This document shows, piece by piece, positions 58,986-64,000 of a stretch of 64,000 nucleotides of DNA. The translations under genes and the position numbers were made by a program. The stretch's first letter is position 1. The number at the start of each line of letters is the position of its first letter. The DNA lies in NCBI RefSeq assembly GCF_009914755.1, contig NC_060940.1; one strand, written 5' to 3'. A model generated the notes under the pieces. The model had not been told where the DNA came from. It saw only the letters and a program-made list of their open reading frames with translations, and did no database searches. The stretch is from the human T2T-CHM13v2.0 reference genome, Homo sapiens.

Positions 58986-59302
58986 TTCTTTCACAAATAT
59001 TAGTTTAATAATTTTATATTAAACTCCCTCTATACTTACAATATGAATTAGATAATTCAGAATAAACATTCCATTGGAAAAAGCTACACAATTTGTTATA
59101 AAACATCCTTAAAAGCATCAGAAAGTTAATACAGCAATGAAGAATTACAGGACCAAATTAAGAATGGTATGAAAGCCTGTTTGTGACGCTTATGTTTGGG
59201 TTATCTCTTTATTTGAGTGACTATAAATCTCAAAAGAGAACTAAAGGGAGAAATAACCGTATCTACTAACATGGTAAGGGTACTTAAACATCTCTTAGTA
59301 AT

Positions 59303-59458
59303 TGAGAAAATTGAAAGAAAAGAAAAAAGAGAAAGGGAGAAAGAGAAACAGCGAAAGGGATAATGAAGGAGAGAAAGAAGAAGAGAAAGGAGGAGGAAGA
59401 AAAGTAAAAAGGAGGAGGAGGGGGAAGGAGGAAGGAAGAAAAGTGAAAAGAAAGAATG
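59303..59458. repeat. Purine-rich (GA) low-complexity tract
   Basis: Almost all A/G. Confidence 0.85.
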
Positions 59459-61068
59459 GTAAACTTTTTAACAACATAATTTATCCTTCTAGAATATGAA
59501 TGCTGGTCTATTTGATGATGTCCCACAGATTCATTAGTCTCTGCTCATTGTTTATTTTTTATTCTTTCTGTTTCTCAGAGTCAGTGTTTTCCATTTTCTT
59601 CTCTTCAAGTTCATGGCTTCTTCTGTATGTGCAAATATACTCTTAAATCCCTCTGGTGATTTTTAAATTTTTATCATTGTAGTTTTCCACTCCAGAATTT
59701 CTGTTATCTCTTTGCTGATATTCCTACTTTTTAATATTTTTTCTGATTCCTTTATTTCTTTGTTTATGTTTTCCTTTTCACATTTGAGTATAATGAAGAG
59801 AGTTGTTTAAAAGTCTTTGTCTGGTAAGTTTGATGTCTGGGTTTCCTTAGGGATGTTTTCCGTCAATTAATTTTGTTCCTTCGAATGAGCCACACTTTTC
59901 CATTCTTTGTATGCCTTGTAACGTTTTTTGAAAACTGGACATTCTAATAATTATAATTACTATGTGGTTACTCTGTAAATCAGACCCCCCCCCCTACAAA
60001 CACAGTAATGTTTTGTGGTTTTAAATTTTCTTTACTTATTATATTGTTAAGGATTTTTTTTTTTAGTGAAATTTTCCTAAGTGATTTACAAAACTATTTG
60101 CTTTATAAGGTGTGGTCACCGAAGTCTTTTTGTTTCCTTAACAAATGTTAAGCTAATGTTTTGGCAGTGACTTTCTTGTATGTCAGGAACCAATGAAACA
60201 GGCAAATAAAAGAAAAACAAAAAGAAAAGCAAGTAATCATTGTCCAGCAAAATATGTCTCTAGGCCATGCAGACTGGCTTTGTGCTGGGTTCTTTAAAGC
60301 CAGAACAAAGTGTGTGTTCACTCTTGCACTGAATGAAGTTCAAGTTCATTCTTGCACAGAGGTTGCACTGAGGGGAGGGATCGGCCAAGGTAAAAGTGTA
60401 GGATCTTCTTATGACATTTGTCAGCATGTGGCTTAACCTATGAATACATGTGACTTTGTAGACTCTCCCATGTACGTGAATGATTTTGTATGTCTTAGTT
60501 TTTGAAATACTCTTCTCCAACTTTTCTTGCTGTGCTGAAGGTGATCTACTATATGTGTAAACTTTAATTTTTGCCCTAAGCATCAGTGGTTTGTTAGGTC
60601 TCCTTGCAGAGTTTCTTAATAATGTCCATTCCTTATCTGTTCTGTATTCTAGCAACACAGAAAAAAAAAAGCCTTTCATGAGTCCTTTAGGTATCCCCCA
60701 GACCAGTCAGAACAGACACATAATAATTTGCGGGTAAGATCTCTTGTTCCTTTGGACCATGGACCAGGCTTCCTCACTGGGAACGTGGGCTTCTGACCCT
60801 TCAGGACTGCCAATTTGCTGGGGCAAAGGCAAGTTAAAAATGTCATAAAGTTTTCCAGTTGTCATTTTCTTGAGTCTGCTTTCACTTGGTTGTTGTAATC
60901 TTTTGACCATTTTCCAGAGCTTTGGTGAAGTTTCTTCGGACAGTTTCTCTTAGTTGTGTGATGTTTCTGTGGAGAAATGAAAGATTGCAGCTGTCTCCAC
61001 TGCCATTTTGCTGATGCTCCTCTTTTGTCAATTTTTGCTTCATGTTATTATGCTTTGTTATTAGTTCA

Positions 61069-61495
61069 TGTATTAGTTTTCTAGGGCTGCCATAACCAAG
61101 TAACACAAACTGGGTGCCTTGAACAACATACATTTATAGTCTTATAGTCTTATAGTCCTGGAAGCTAAAAGTCTGAGATTGAGGTGTCAGCAGGGATGGT
61201 CCCTTCAAGGGCTATGAGAGGAAGCCTGCTCTGTGCCTTGTTTCTCACTTCTGGTGGTTTAGTGGCAGTCTTTGGCATTCCTTGGCTAATCTCTGTCCTC
61301 ATAATCACATGGTACTCTCCCTGTGTGTATGTCTCCCTCTACTCAAATTTCTTCTTTTCACAAGGACATCAGTCATATTGAATTCAGGCTCATCTGATTG
61401 TATCTTAACTTGATCAGCTGCACAGAACCTATTTCCTAATGAGGTCATATTCAGTGGTTAGAATTTCAGCATCTATATAGAGGAAACAATTTAGC
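61069..61495 (-). mobile_element. MLT1 (MaLR) LTR
   Basis: tgtattagttttctagggctgccataacc...gtcctggaagctaaaagtctgagat...aaggacatcagtcatattg. Confidence 0.85.
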
Positions 61496-62171
61496 TCCTA
61501 TCTGTGCATACATGATTGTAATAGCTATGTCTTCCTAAAGCGTTGACCCCCTTTTTACTACAATATAAATTTTTAAAATCCTATTCACATTTGTAATAGT
61601 CTATATTGTGTGTTATGAGTATAATGAGTTCAGTGTTCTTATGATTGCTCTTTGCATGATATTTTTTGTCATCTTTTTACTTTCAATCCATTAGTATCCT
61701 TGCATCTCAGCGTATATTGGGATCACTTGTTTTAATCCAGTCTGACAATCTCTGCCTCTGGAATGGATTTTAATCTGCTCACATTTAAGATTATAATTGG
61801 TATAATTCTATTTATGTCTGCCATTTTACCGTTTGTTTTATATATTTCTCAAATATTTTTCTTTATTGCTTTATTTTGCAATGAAAGCATATTTTCTAAA
61901 ATAGGGAACTTTAGATTACTAATCAATTATTTTATTATATATTTTTGAGAATTTTTGTTGTTGTAAGTTTACCATATAGGTATATGGAAAATTAATTATT
62001 CAAACCATCTTCCAATTTATACTAGTAAACTTTTAGTAATACATAGAAACATCATTCTTATATAAATCTCTTTTGTTTCCTCCATTTTAAAGTATTATCA
62101 CTTTACACATTACATCTATTAAAGTTACAAAGCCAACAATACATTTTAGTAATTATTACTTTACCATCTAG

Positions 62172-62592
<421 letters not shown>

Positions 62593-64000
62593 ATTATACA
62601 CATGTTATTTAATAAACAATTTATGATAAAGAGAAAAAATGCATTTTTACTGTCTTTTATAATGTCAATATTACCTATACCAGTGCTTTTTTAAAAATGT
62701 GGATTCAAGTGACTGTCTTCTGTAACTTGCTTTTAGCCTTAGGAATTTATTTTAGAGATTTTTTTAATATAGTAGGTCTGCCAGCAACAACGTCAGTTAA
62801 TATTTCTGTTTATCTGGGTAAGTCTCTGTGTTATCTTCATTTTTGAAAAATAATTGCTGGATAAGGAATTCGTGGCTGAGAGTTTTTTTTTCCTTTGCCT
62901 CTTTTGAATATATTATTCTACTGCCTCTTGCTTCCATTGTTTCTCTTAAGTCAGCTGTTAATCTTACAAAACATAGGTGCTCAAAAAATAAACATGTGCA
63001 TGAATATTTACAGCAGTAATATTCATACAGTCAAAAAGTGGAAACAATCCATATGCTTGTTGACTCATAAATGGACGCCCAATTTTCAGCTATAACAAAG
63101 AATGAAGTACTTATATATGGTATAATATTGGTGAAATTTGAAAGCATTCTGTTAAGTGCACAAAAGGACAAATATTACTTGATTTTATTCACATGAAACA
63201 TCAGGAATTGGCAAATCAATTGGGATATAAATCAGATTAGTGGTCATTAGGGCTCAGGGAAGCAGATTAGGGTGTAACAACTTTATGCATAATGGGTTTT
63301 TGGAAGGGACATGATGAAATTGCCCTGGAACATTGTGAATATGCTAAAAGCAAGTGCACTGTATGCTTTAAAATGGTGGTTGTTAATTTTATATTATGTG
63401 ATTTTTACCTTAAAAAACAAAAAAGAGAAAATAGCCTTACTCTATACATAATAAACTCCAGATATGTTACAAATTTACATGTGAAATCCAAAATACTATA
63501 ATATTTAAGGAATAGCTAAGTAGAATAACACTGAAATTTAACACAATGAAACATTTCCTTAGAAAAGAAAAAAGCACAGTAATTAAAAAGGGAAATATAT
63601 TTAATATTTTTCTCTCCATTAGGCATGCCATTAACTGAGTAAAAAATCAAGCTACAATTATGTAAACTACATTTTCTAAAACCATAAAGAAAAGAAGAAA
63701 TAAAAAGGTATTTGGGAAAAAATCCAAAGGTACAGTCAACTACACACAAAAAGCTTAGTCTCATTAATCATTATGAAAATGCAAATGGTAACTGAAAGAA
63801 GATAAAACTACAATTCAAAGAGAAACCCTAAAATTTCAACCCCCCAAAAAGTCTGGGTTTTGGAGATCTGGGATGGAATAGGGTTCCTAACCTGACAACA
63901 ATGAAAGACCCAAACTAACTTCAAAGTCATGACTTTATTTTTATAGCAACGAGGTTGCCAAGAACTGAGTCAAAATGTGAGGGAAAACAAGCACCTGCAA

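Noticed and set aside
59284-59526. Lys/Glu/Arg-rich ORF
   Set aside because: Translation of the purine-rich low-complexity tract.

Overview
Human (hominid) pericentromeric segmental-duplication mosaic with no intact gene. (1) 1-22469: unprocessed, partial HERC2 pseudogene on the + strand. It has 16 exons that I number 27-42 from recall of HERC2 structure, a layout that fits the 16p11.2-type copies, and it ends inside an antisense L1PA2-like element. (2) 22470-~49700: AT-rich, repeat-dense DNA (THE1A, ERV LTRs, L1M, Tiggers, Alus) joined to the L1 with no target-site duplication. (3) ~49713-51945: degenerate (CATTT)n array with ~0.6-0.7 kb higher-order structure. (4) ~51950-55114: minus-strand copy of the KSR1 5' end (5'UTR, exon 1, start of intron 1). 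(5) 55115-55793: GC-rich CAAAAAG-type repeat sitting where the KSR1 promoter would be. (6) 55794-64000: old L2/L1/MLT/Alu DNA. Best leads: a perfect-Kozak ATG inside the GC-rich repeat that reads in frame into KSR1 exon 1; a 571-codon spliced open frame over HERC2 exons 33-42; and three separate tandem repeats that duplicate an acceptor, a branch point and a donor. All family and subfamily assignments are by eye and recall; no searches were run.
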